Virus record (IMG/VR): IMGVR_UViG_3300045988_098498 | Source of the DNA: a virus | Strand: one strand, 5' to 3' | DNA: 42,659 bases | Shown: positions 31,101 through 38,665 of the stretch, in pieces | Layout of the letters: each line of letters begins with the position of its first letter | How positions within the stretch are numbered: the stretch's first letter is position 1 | The notes under the pieces: model-generated | The model's database searches: none | Told to the model about the DNA's origin: nothing | Seen by the model: the letters and a program-made list of their open reading frames with translations, nothing else | Program-made: the position numbers and the translations under genes

Positions 31101-34050
31101 GACAAAATGTACTACTGCAGGATCTGGTCCACATTATCCAGTATTTCAGAAAACTGCGGATAAGATAGGCAAAACATATACCTGGTCTTTCTGGGCAAAA
31201 TGCAGTGTTGCTAAAACAGGAACTGTTGGACATGAGTGTAATGGATATAAACATATTTCACTCACTACATCATGGCAGAAATTCACACAGACTTGGACAT
31301 ATACAGATTCCGAGTATTATTCCTTTACGTTCTATCTGGATTTCAAAGTAGGCGAAATCCTGTACATTCGAGACTTCAAAATCGAAGAAGGAACGCAGGC
31401 CACAACCTGGACACCAGCTCCAGAGGATGTGGACAGTAAAGTATCTACCGCGAATACGAACGCTAGTAATGCTTTATCTACAGCTAATACTGCTAATGGT
31501 ACGGCCAACATTGCTAAAAGCAAAATTGATAACCTGAAGGTTGGCGGGAGAAATCTTTGGAAAAAAACGAAAGAATATGATGCTCTAAATGATACATTCT
31601 GGGTCGATAATAATGTCGGGGTTCGAGGGCTGACTTCCTTTCCATATACTATAGTAAATGGATTCGGGGTCCAACGAATAGACAAGTCGTTTATGGATAT
31701 TAGCCAAAGAGTTACTATTAAACCCAACACGTATTATACGTTGTCTGCTTACATAAAATGGGAAGATTCCACAAAAACAAGCACCCTTCGTTTCTATGAC
31801 AATGCTTCTCCACAGACAGGTAGTATACTAAACTCTCAAGTAGGCACTACCGATTATAAAAGAGTTTCAGTAACTTTCAATAGCGGAAATGCAACGATAT
31901 CCACATGTCGATTCGAATGCGATACGGATACGGCCTTTTTGATATATGGACTGAAACTTGAAGAAGGTAATATTGCCACAGATTGGACACCAGCTCCAGA
32001 AGATGCTGAGAGTATGATTGGTAATATAAAAATCGGTGGAAGAAACTTAATTCCGGTAGGGATGATCAAAAACTGTAATGGATTATCAACATTCTCTTAT
32101 GATAAAGCATCAAACACCTGGACGTGTGTGGCTCCGATCGGTTCCAATTCATGGGGGCGAGGAATTTATTTCGACCCTGGCGTGAAGAAAATCTATATTC
32201 CGCGAGGATACACATATATAATCAGTCTGGAAGTGAATCCTGAAGTTGCCTGTATTTGGAGTGCTGATGTAAATAACGGTTTCGACGGAATGCCGAGTGG
32301 AACCGGTAATGACAATGATAATACGTCCTTGCGTAAGGCTTCAGACCATTCATTGGTAGCCAATAAATGGCAAAGAGTATGGTTCTCGTACACGCCTAGA
32401 ACAGATGTTTTGTATGATATATTTGACGCTTCATCGAACTGGGGTATCGTTACTACAGACGCTACATCTCCGATTAAATTCAAGATTCGAAATGTAAAAG
32501 GAGAATTCGGAACCGTTCCGACAGACTGGACGCCTGCGCCTGAAGACGTAGATAATAAAATCGACACGGCACAGAAATCAGCAGATAATGCTAATTCTTC
32601 AGTAAGTGCTTTGAACAAGATTGCCACAAAGAGCTATTCCATTAGTGGCGCAAATGGTAAAGCGCAATGGGTTCGACTTGGGACACTCACATCCGCTGGT
32701 GATTCTTCAGTTGTTGTTATTTCTTTACAGACTGGAGATGGGTTCAACGGGGTAGAGTATCAAAATTCCCAGGCCGAAATCATAATAAAAGATGGGTGGC
32801 AGGACAAAGCAAGTACGACGGCGGCATTCGGAGCAAGCGTTACACGACAGAACACCAAAGACCTTCTGGTTAGTGTACGAGCAACCGCATCGAACGTGTG
32901 TGAAATCTGGACATATCTTCCATGGAACTACTGGAGTGGAAATTACACCATATCTGGTATTTACAGTGGATGGAATCCAAATTTTACAAAACAAGACGCA
33001 AAACCAACGAATGGTGTTGAGCAGTCACTGGCGTATCGAACTACAGCAGAAGATGCTTACACATTAGCTTCTGGTCTGAAAAAAGATGTGGACATAAGCT
33101 CCGAATTTGTGAAAACATACAACGATTGGGCGTTTAAATGGAAAACAGCCACAATGGTCGATGGTGCCGAAGTTGGAACTTATCAGAAATATATCACTCT
33201 CGAAAGTGGTAATATTTTACTTGGTCATTCCAATTCCAAAAATAAATTGAAGATCACCAATGATTCCATCCAGTTTAAAGGCACCAGCGACACCGCCATA
33301 AAACCAGATTCCGACGCAACTGCCTGGATCACAGGAAAGGTATTCCATATCAACTCCGGAGAGATTGAGAGCAGCTTGAAGTTTGGAAAAGTTTTAATGA
33401 AACCTACTAAAAATGGAATTCAAATCGGAAATAAGGCTGAATTTGGCGAACGAGTACGAATAGGATATCCATTAAGCAGTAATATGCAATATACTTATTC
33501 AGATTGCCCGCTTGTGGTTGGAAGTAATACAAATACTATTGGGGATTATCCCTGGTTCGCAGTTGATGATGGCTATGCATTTGTTAGAAACGGAATAATA
33601 ACGCCAGGGGATTTTATTATTAAATTCGGCGAATATACACTGGATCGTCCCAACGGCGGTAAGTTTAGCGGTACGTTAAGACCATATTACCGCGCTGACG
33701 ACGTAATAAATATGGAGTTTTATGTAAATGGATATGTTACATCAAATAAACAGGAAGTCATATTTCTTATTCCATTATCCCGACCAATTATGTCCACCCC
33801 AGTTTCGATATCAAGCATAAATGGGCTCACGATTCGGCAAAATGGAAAATATATATATGGCTCGACTGCTTCAAAACCTATAAAACCGTCATCGTATACA
33901 GCTACAGTTATAGGAGGGCGTAACGGATTGAATGTTAGAGCTAAAATAGTAATGGGTAGTAATGAAGGTTTTACTGACAATGAAATTTCAAAAATTGTAA
34001 ATAATGATACTTGCGCTATTACAGCCAGTATAAAGATAAGCTTCGATTAA
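28117..34050 (+). CDS. Giant tail protein (1977 aa): Tal-like N-terminus, coiled coil, collagen-like segments and three tandem receptor-binding-like modules
   Basis: GTG start follows AAGGAGG. The N-terminal ~330 aa resemble prophage tail-tip (Tal) proteins. There are three Gly-X-Y runs. Three modules each begin (S/K)(V/I)GGRNL and end (D/T)WTPAPED(V/A). Confidence 0.8.
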   Translation: MYQSTTAFGTLVQQDSRTFKCLLTYGETSITTVRSIKFTGGSEGDDDFSLGSTMSQYIEVTIPGKGLVVEGTEMLLQIGMDVNGKTEYIPMGYFTAGKPQKADDQITFTAYDRMMKTERTFSMSGSNTDTVSVLKKIAEITGVSVTTAGLTAISMKVPKGYSCREVLSYVAQLHGSFAVCNRKGQIELHTYADSGYKVKPGRYWGNFEHNDYAFNVTRMVCATGEDKNGASISITAGSGTRSISLSNPFMTQTVLNKILASFKNFSYMPGTLKMLGDPRLDPWDILTVADLSGNTYKVPIMKLDWEYDGGLTYSVEAVGLSEEETNVDYKGPQTKEMERYYAQLVMIDRAMINKLDVETAKITYASIKELDVVKENAEEINAKKANIDLANVNNAWIEKGVLKDGSIGSAAIHEGAVTNAKIADATIEAAKIKSINADSIVAGTIKTERLIITGPDGQDSIVKAINIANGVSEAEVNGQKIQAASIDVVDLSAFQAKIAQFDMSQNAIYSGKLAINDPTSGVYISTTGLGLGDGALTSKKESPIQMYADGVFKLKGKNSSLEFNPVTDMLDINVSNFRIGSKEAATVDNTIKSTLEQFYLSTSPTSLVGGSWSNNQPAWTEGKYIWRRNFVTYGDDRTEFTPSENGVCITGNTGAQGAQGARGPQGAAGPKGETGPQGPKGATGPQGPQGIQGVKGADGKTYYTWVKYADSPTSGMSDNPSGKKYIGFAYNKTTGTESTSYSDYSWSLIKGEKGDKGSTGDTGAQGATGNGIKSITYYYARTTSQTAPSAGNITSTTMPTLDATNKYLWQKEVINYTNNTNQTTVLLLAVYGNTGAQGPKGDKGATGPQGPTGPKGETGAQGPQGNPGSTGPQGVSVTAIKDQWYKSTSNTAQAGGSWSDTQPNWESGKYIWTRSHITFSNGNTTTTNPVLANAINNANANAVSAVSKVNNLSVGGRNLVLNSHKLDDKFYGAGGYLGTFTVVSDSEALSKYHIETKCTTAGSGPHYPVFQKTADKIGKTYTWSFWAKCSVAKTGTVGHECNGYKHISLTTSWQKFTQTWTYTDSEYYSFTFYLDFKVGEILYIRDFKIEEGTQATTWTPAPEDVDSKVSTANTNASNALSTANTANGTANIAKSKIDNLKVGGRNLWKKTKEYDALNDTFWVDNNVGVRGLTSFPYTIVNGFGVQRIDKSFMDISQRVTIKPNTYYTLSAYIKWEDSTKTSTLRFYDNASPQTGSILNSQVGTTDYKRVSVTFNSGNATISTCRFECDTDTAFLIYGLKLEEGNIATDWTPAPEDAESMIGNIKIGGRNLIPVGMIKNCNGLSTFSYDKASNTWTCVAPIGSNSWGRGIYFDPGVKKIYIPRGYTYIISLEVNPEVACIWSADVNNGFDGMPSGTGNDNDNTSLRKASDHSLVANKWQRVWFSYTPRTDVLYDIFDASSNWGIVTTDATSPIKFKIRNVKGEFGTVPTDWTPAPEDVDNKIDTAQKSADNANSSVSALNKIATKSYSISGANGKAQWVRLGTLTSAGDSSVVVISLQTGDGFNGVEYQNSQAEIIIKDGWQDKASTTAAFGASVTRQNTKDLLVSVRATASNVCEIWTYLPWNYWSGNYTISGIYSGWNPNFTKQDAKPTNGVEQSLAYRTTAEDAYTLASGLKKDVDISSEFVKTYNDWAFKWKTATMVDGAEVGTYQKYITLESGNILLGHSNSKNKLKITNDSIQFKGTSDTAIKPDSDATAWITGKVFHINSGEIESSLKFGKVLMKPTKNGIQIGNKAEFGERVRIGYPLSSNMQYTYSDCPLVVGSNTNTIGDYPWFAVDDGYAFVRNGIITPGDFIIKFGEYTLDRPNGGKFSGTLRPYYRADDVINMEFYVNGYVTSNKQEVIFLIPLSRPIMSTPVSISSINGLTIRQNGKYIYGSTASKPIKPSSYTATVIGGRNGLNVRAKIVMGSNEGFTDNEISKIVNNDTCAITASIKISFD
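30067..30744 (+). repeat. Collagen-like Gly-X-Y coding repeats (30067-30219, 30367-30429, 30610-30744)
   Basis: 17, 7 and 15 consecutive G-X-Y triplets, read from the translation. Confidence 0.85.
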
Positions 34051-34065
34051 AAAAGGAGAATCAAA

Positions 34066-34365
34066 ATGGCGTTAAAAAAGAAAGTAATCCAGGACGATGG
34101 TGTAACTACTGAATATCATCGCATCCTGTATGTATCCAATACTGTAAACAGTCATTGCTCTATTTCCGTGATTTCTCTGATTTCAGAAAAAATCAGGAAG
34201 AAACAACTTGCTGGAGAGATTCAGCAACCTTATCAGAAAATTGTCACCTATGAAACTGAGAAATTTAGCGATCTGAGTATCAAGGAAGCATATGAATATC
34301 TCAAAACCCTTCCGGAGTTCGAAGGAGCGGAAGATGTTTTCGAAGATAAGAATAACAGTGTTTGA
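34066..34365 (+). CDS. Hypothetical protein downstream of the tail fibre (99 aa)
   Basis: ATG follows AAAGGAG. A terminator follows the gene. Confidence 0.55.
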   Translation: MALKKKVIQDDGVTTEYHRILYVSNTVNSHCSISVISLISEKIRKKQLAGEIQQPYQKIVTYETEKFSDLSIKEAYEYLKTLPEFEGAEDVFEDKNNSV

Positions 34366-34399
34366 TTGAAAGGATAGAAAAGATTTATTTATGAAGATC

Positions 34400-34430
34400 A
34401 GAGCCGAGCCGTAACAGGCTCTTATTTTTA
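34400..34430 (+). terminator. Intrinsic terminator ending the tail operon
   Basis: AGAGCC (34400-34405) pairs with GGCTCT (34417-34422), then TATTTTT. Confidence 0.6.
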
Positions 34431-34437
34431 TACAAAA

Positions 34438-34451
34438 TTGCGCCGGCGCAA
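34438..34451. repeat. 14-bp palindrome, copy 4 (intergenic, between the tail terminator and the lysis cassette)
   Basis: Read directly. Confidence 0.95.
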
Positions 34452-34472
34452 CACCGGAGAAAGCGTGAATAA

Positions 34473-34775
34473 TTGAAAGAAATACTCACACAAACATATC
34501 TTATCGCATTGCCGATTTTGCTTGGTTATATCGTTTGGCTTCTGAAAAATCAGAAGAAAGATCGAGACGCAAACAGTAAGGGAACTATGCTCTTGCTTCG
34601 CGTCCAGATGATTGAGTATCACTCAAAGTATACGAAGATGGGAGATATTCCGTCATACGCATATCAGAATTTCTGCGAAATGTACGAAGCTTACCACAGA
34701 CTTGGCGGAAATGGCATGGTAACAAAAATGAAACAGGAAATTGAAGAACTGCATATCAAAAGAAAGGGAGAATGA
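34473..34775 (+). CDS. Single-TM lysis-cassette protein (holin-like or accessory)
   Basis: TTG start. N-terminal TM segment (YLIALPILLGYIVWLL) followed by a charged helical tail. It lies directly upstream of the holin and endolysin genes. Confidence 0.45.
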   Translation: MKEILTQTYLIALPILLGYIVWLLKNQKKDRDANSKGTMLLLRVQMIEYHSKYTKMGDIPSYAYQNFCEMYEAYHRLGGNGMVTKMKQEIEELHIKRKGE

Positions 34776-35110
34776 CTATGAATATTAACACTATCACACA
34801 GTATGTAACTTACGCCCTGGCCCTGATCGGAATCCTGGCATTTATCGTTTCAGCAATCGTGCAGGTGATCAAAGATCTTCCAGGTCTGAAGAACATTCAG
34901 ACCAGTATTGTTGTCCTTGTAGCATCCCTGATTCTGTGCCCGGTAGCATTACTGATTCTGTGCACATATTATAAAGCTGCAATAACCTGGTATTACATTG
35001 TAGCATCTGTGATTGCAGCATTTATCGTGTATCTGGTTGCAACCGGAGGCTGGGAGAAAGTCAAGGAGATCTGGGAAAGAACAAAATATAAAAATTCAGA
35101 GGGTGAGTGA
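34772..35110 (+). CDS. Holin (multi-TM)
   Basis: 112 aa with 3 predicted hydrophobic helices and a charged C-terminus. It immediately precedes the endolysin gene. Confidence 0.7.
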   Translation: MTMNINTITQYVTYALALIGILAFIVSAIVQVIKDLPGLKNIQTSIVVLVASLILCPVALLILCTYYKAAITWYYIVASVIAAFIVYLVATGGWEKVKEIWERTKYKNSEGE

Positions 35111-35131
35111 TCACCCTCACAGGAGGAAAAT

Positions 35132-36565
35132 ATGATAAAGATCATGGGAACCCCACAGGCCAGCGTTGAACAGATGAAGGTTTACATCAAAAAAGTAAAT
35201 CCACAGGTGTCCGATTCGGTCACAAAGATGATTCCTCTGTATATCACGGAAGGCACGGAAGAGGGCGTGCGTGGTGACATTGCTTTTGCCCAGTCCTGTT
35301 TGGAAACAGGAAACTTCACGTTTTCGGGATCAGCAGTAACACTTGATCAGAATAATTTCTGCGGATTAGGTGTGAACGTCACAGGAAAGAAAGGCTGCAG
35401 CTTCAAAACTGCGAAAGAAGGAATCAGGGCGCAGATCCAGCATCTGCAGGCTTACGCTTGTACAGACGGACTGAAACAGAAATGTATTGACCCGCGATAT
35501 ACATACGTATCAAGAGGCTGCGCTGAGTATGTTGAGCATCTCGGCATCCAGGAAAATCCCAAAGGACAGGGCTGGGCATCCGGAAAGAACTACGGACAGA
35601 AAATCATCAACATCCTGAACGGTATATTATCTATCAAGACATCAAAAACAGAAAAGGAGAGTAATACCATGAATATCAACACAAGCCTTATCAGTAACAA
35701 CAATAGCTATGCGGGTCAGAAACCGGCATATATCGTAATTCACAACACGGATAACTATGCCAAGGGTGCAAATGCGAAAGCGCATGCAAAAGCACAGCAT
35801 GATGGCAACTTTAAGGGATATTCTGCACATGTATATGTGGACGACACAGAAGCGTATCAGGCGCTTCCATACAACCGTGGAGCATGGCACGTGGGCGTCA
35901 ACTACGGCGGTCGGCTGTTCGGTACTGTCAACAACAGAAATTCAGTAGGAATCGAGATGTGCGTTCAGGCGGGCTATAACTACGAGAAAGCTTTCCAGAA
36001 TACAGTCCAGGTGTGCAAACAGCTTATGAAACAGCTGGGAATCCCGGCAGACAGAGTTGTGCAGCATTATGATGTATGTGCAAAGAACTGCCCGTCAGCA
36101 ATCCGTGCAAAAGGTGACTGGAACCGGTTCAAGCAGCTGATCGGAGCTAAGACCGACACACCGACGGTAGATAAGTATTATCGCACAAGAAAGTCCTGGG
36201 CTGACAGCAAGAGCCAGATCGGAGCATACAAGAGCCTTGAGAATGCAAAGAAAGAGTGGAAACAGGGATACACCATCTATGACTGGAACGGAAAAGCAGT
36301 GTATCCGGTACAAACTTCAAAAAAGGCAGTAGTTCTGACAGGAAAGTTTGAGGCACAGCTTCCGATCATCCGAAAAGGGAATTCCGGCGTTGCAGTTTCC
36401 GTGCTGCAGTCTGTACTTGGTGTTACCGTGGATGGCCGTTTCGGAGATGATACAGAAACATCCCTGAAAGTTTTCCAGAAAAACACAGGCGTAAAGGCAA
36501 ATGGAACCTGCGGTATTGATTCCTGGAAAAAGGTGATCGAACATGTGAAGGCAAACACAAAATAA
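35132..36565 (+). CDS. Multidomain endolysin: glucosaminidase, Amidase_2 (PGRP), a wall-binding repeat and PG_binding_1
   Basis: AFAQSCLETGNF...NNFCGLG indicates glucosaminidase. IVIHNTDNY...AHVYVDD...GAWHVG...VGIEMC...NCPS indicates Amidase_2. C-terminal LRKGNSGVAVSVLQSVLGVTVDGRFGDDTETSLKVFQK indicates PG_binding_1. Confidence 0.85.
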   Translation: MIKIMGTPQASVEQMKVYIKKVNPQVSDSVTKMIPLYITEGTEEGVRGDIAFAQSCLETGNFTFSGSAVTLDQNNFCGLGVNVTGKKGCSFKTAKEGIRAQIQHLQAYACTDGLKQKCIDPRYTYVSRGCAEYVEHLGIQENPKGQGWASGKNYGQKIINILNGILSIKTSKTEKESNTMNINTSLISNNNSYAGQKPAYIVIHNTDNYAKGANAKAHAKAQHDGNFKGYSAHVYVDDTEAYQALPYNRGAWHVGVNYGGRLFGTVNNRNSVGIEMCVQAGYNYEKAFQNTVQVCKQLMKQLGIPADRVVQHYDVCAKNCPSAIRAKGDWNRFKQLIGAKTDTPTVDKYYRTRKSWADSKSQIGAYKSLENAKKEWKQGYTIYDWNGKAVYPVQTSKKAVVLTGKFEAQLPIIRKGNSGVAVSVLQSVLGVTVDGRFGDDTETSLKVFQKNTGVKANGTCGIDSWKKVIEHVKANTK

Positions 36566-36582
36566 CTTCCTATTATAAAAAA

Positions 36583-36607
36583 GTCCGGCAGGTACCCACT
36601 GCCGGAC
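36583..36607 (-). terminator. Strong hairpin; acts as a terminator for the integrase gene (T-run on the minus strand) and may be bidirectional
   Basis: GTCCGGCAG (36583-36591) pairs with CTGCCGGAC (36599-36607). An A-run on the plus-strand 5' side gives a T-run for minus-strand transcripts. Confidence 0.65.
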
Positions 36608-36663
36608 GGATATTGTATCATCATTTATGTGCCAATGTGTGGGTGCATAAAGGCTACCCACAC

Positions 36664-38232
36664 TTACTTTTGCTGGATTTTCGGATAAATATCTAAAGTA
36701 AAAGAGATGTCATCGCCATTTTTCCATGTATTTTTTGCGTTTTTAGTATAAACAGCCTTTTCTATCAATTCACGGAGAAATCGATTCTTTGTAGAGGTAT
36801 CCCACGTCCAGTAATTTGCGAGAAGATCCTCGCACTTGGGAATAAAAGAGGAACGTTGAAACTGAAGTTCCTGTTCATGTTCAATTTCTTGCTTCAGAGA
36901 AAGAATTACTGCATCGCAGGCAGACAGCTCGGCAGCAGTAGCACGGGAGCGTTCAAGAAATTCTTCCGTGGAGTAAATTCCCTGTTCAAGAAGATCATAT
37001 TGCTTTTCTTTTTTCTTCCTCAAAACATCAATTTCTTTTAATTTTCCCCGGATCATTTCTTCTTTCTCGGAAATAGAAAGAGAATATTCCTGATCAGAAA
37101 AATTGCTATTTAACTTGTAGCCATCTACAAGTTCCTGGATTCCGTCAAGAAGAGCTTTTTCAACAAGAGGGAGCTTACTACTTACATTGTTGCAGGAACT
37201 GTATGGACATCGAAGCAGATCAACCTGTCTGCCGCTTGGTGCTTTACGGGTCATAACATAGCCACATTTTCCACAACGAATAATACCGGCAAGTGGATTG
37301 CGGAGTACATGCAGAGAATTGAGCGGTCGTGCAGGATTTTGATTCACGATATCTTGGGCTTGCTGAAAAAGTTCCTTTGATACAATAGCAGGATGTCTGC
37401 CTTCAACAAGAATATAATCCTTAGCAAAAGGGCGAGAGATGGTTATTTGCCCATCTTGTATATGCTTTACAGCCTTTCGGCTGTTCCAGCGTATCATTCC
37501 TGCATACACTGGATTTCTAAGAATTGCCTGCACACGAGGGACGGTCCATAAACCACCATCCATGGTTTTAATTCCGGAATCATTTAATTTACGGCAGATC
37601 TTAGCCATTCCAATTCGCTCACCTGCCACTCCGTGGACATACAAATTGAATATGAGCTTAACGATCTCTGCCTGATCAGGAACAGGCTGCAGTGTCCATC
37701 CTTTTTCACTAACAAGTTTTACACGGGAATATCCGTAAGGCGGTTTACTGCCACAATATTTCCCCTCTTTTGCAGAAGATTCACGACCTGCAGTAAGACG
37801 GCGGCGAATGGTTTTATATTCTCGCCGAGACATAAAAAGGCCAAATTCGAAATATTCTTCGTCATATTCATTGTTTGGATCATAAGTTTTGAGCGGAGTA
37901 ATAATCAGTGTTTCAGAATATCGGAAGGCTCTGGCAACAACACCCTGATCTATAGTATCGCCCCTGGCCAGACGCTCTACTTCAACGACCAGAACACCAT
38001 CCCACATACCAGATTCAACTTCGCGGAGAACCTGTTGCATAACAGGTCGGGCAGAAATTGTCTCACCGGAAACAATCTCTTTATAAATTGCGCCTACATT
38101 ATAGCCACGTTTTTTAGCAAGATCCAACAGGATTCGCTCATGGCGTGCAAGAGTTTCACCTTCGCCCCTGGCTTCAGCCTCCCGATCAGCACGGGACTTA
38201 CGCAGGTAGATACATACATTTAAAAGTTCCAT
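36664..38232 (-). CDS. int: Large serine recombinase (phage integrase)
   Basis: ATG 38232 follows GAGGTGAT. The N-terminal resolvase domain has catalytic Ser in YLRKSRAD. A recombinase domain, a zinc-ribbon (CGKCG...C..C) and a C-terminal coiled coil follow. Confidence 0.9.
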   Translation of the reverse strand: MELLNVCIYLRKSRADREAEARGEGETLARHERILLDLAKKRGYNVGAIYKEIVSGETISARPVMQQVLREVESGMWDGVLVVEVERLARGDTIDQGVVARAFRYSETLIITPLKTYDPNNEYDEEYFEFGLFMSRREYKTIRRRLTAGRESSAKEGKYCGSKPPYGYSRVKLVSEKGWTLQPVPDQAEIVKLIFNLYVHGVAGERIGMAKICRKLNDSGIKTMDGGLWTVPRVQAILRNPVYAGMIRWNSRKAVKHIQDGQITISRPFAKDYILVEGRHPAIVSKELFQQAQDIVNQNPARPLNSLHVLRNPLAGIIRCGKCGYVMTRKAPSGRQVDLLRCPYSSCNNVSSKLPLVEKALLDGIQELVDGYKLNSNFSDQEYSLSISEKEEMIRGKLKEIDVLRKKKEKQYDLLEQGIYSTEEFLERSRATAAELSACDAVILSLKQEIEHEQELQFQRSSFIPKCEDLLANYWTWDTSTKNRFLRELIEKAVYTKNAKNTWKNGDDISFTLDIYPKIQQK

Positions 38233-38297
38233 AATATCACCTCGGTTTAAAATATGTAAAAATGGGTACAAAAATAACGACCACACAAATGTTCTGA

Positions 38298-38326
38298 TTG
38301 TGCAGCCGCTCCGAAGATGATACAAT
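38298..38326 (+). promoter_or_regulatory. Candidate promoter divergent from int
   Basis: TTGTGC (38298-38303), 17 nt, TACAAT (38321-38326), with TGA immediately upstream (extended -10). Confidence 0.45.
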
Positions 38327-38332
38327 ATTATA

Positions 38333-38488
38333 TGAGCGTATTACTGTATTCTTCGGAGCAGTAGTCTTGAAATGAGTGTCCGTATTGATTACGGGCGCAA
38401 GGTTCGTTGGTAGCGAGTCTTGCAATATGGAGAGGGGTGTAAAAACCCTCATGATCGTCCTTGTGTTGGTAGCACAAGGGCGGTTTTT
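38333..38488 (+). ncRNA. Candidate structured small RNA (~155 nt), unknown family
   Basis: No ORF. Four hairpins: 38340-38365 with a C(UUCG)G loop, 38378-38396, 38397-38423 and 38432-38450. A strong terminator follows (10-bp stem 38456-38482 plus TTTTT 38484-38488). Confidence 0.4.
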
Positions 38489-38530
38489 CATTAATCAAAT
38501 TTTTGAGTAATTAGTTTATCTAAACAAAGA

Positions 38531-38569
38531 AAAAATCCCTCCTTCCGAATAACGGTAAGAGGGATTTTC
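38531..38569 (-). terminator. Intrinsic terminator for the immA/abi transcript (bidirectional shape)
   Basis: ATCCCTC (38535-38541) pairs with GAGGGAT (38559-38565). An A-run lies at 38531-38534 and a T-run at 38566-38568. On the minus strand the stem is followed by TTTTTTCTTT. Confidence 0.65.
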
Positions 38570-38607
38570 GCTAGTCATCTCTACAACGACCATTTCTGCT
38601 GGAATTC

Positions 38608-38636
38608 ATCTTACCATTATTAGTTTATTGTGTCAA
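38608..38636 (-). promoter_or_regulatory. Candidate minus-strand promoter between immA and the terminator
   Basis: rc TTGACA (38631-38636), 17 nt, rc TAAGAT (38608-38613). Confidence 0.35.
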
Positions 38637-38665
38637 GCAAATTTAATCAAATATATAAACCTCCT

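Noticed and set aside
37633-38223. 196-aa plus-strand ORF
   Set aside because: It is antisense to the serine integrase, with no SD and an implausible composition.
38237-38491. 84-aa minus-strand ORF upstream of int
   Set aside because: It has no SD and overlaps the structured-RNA candidate and its promoter and terminator. The integrase start at 38232 has its own strong SD.
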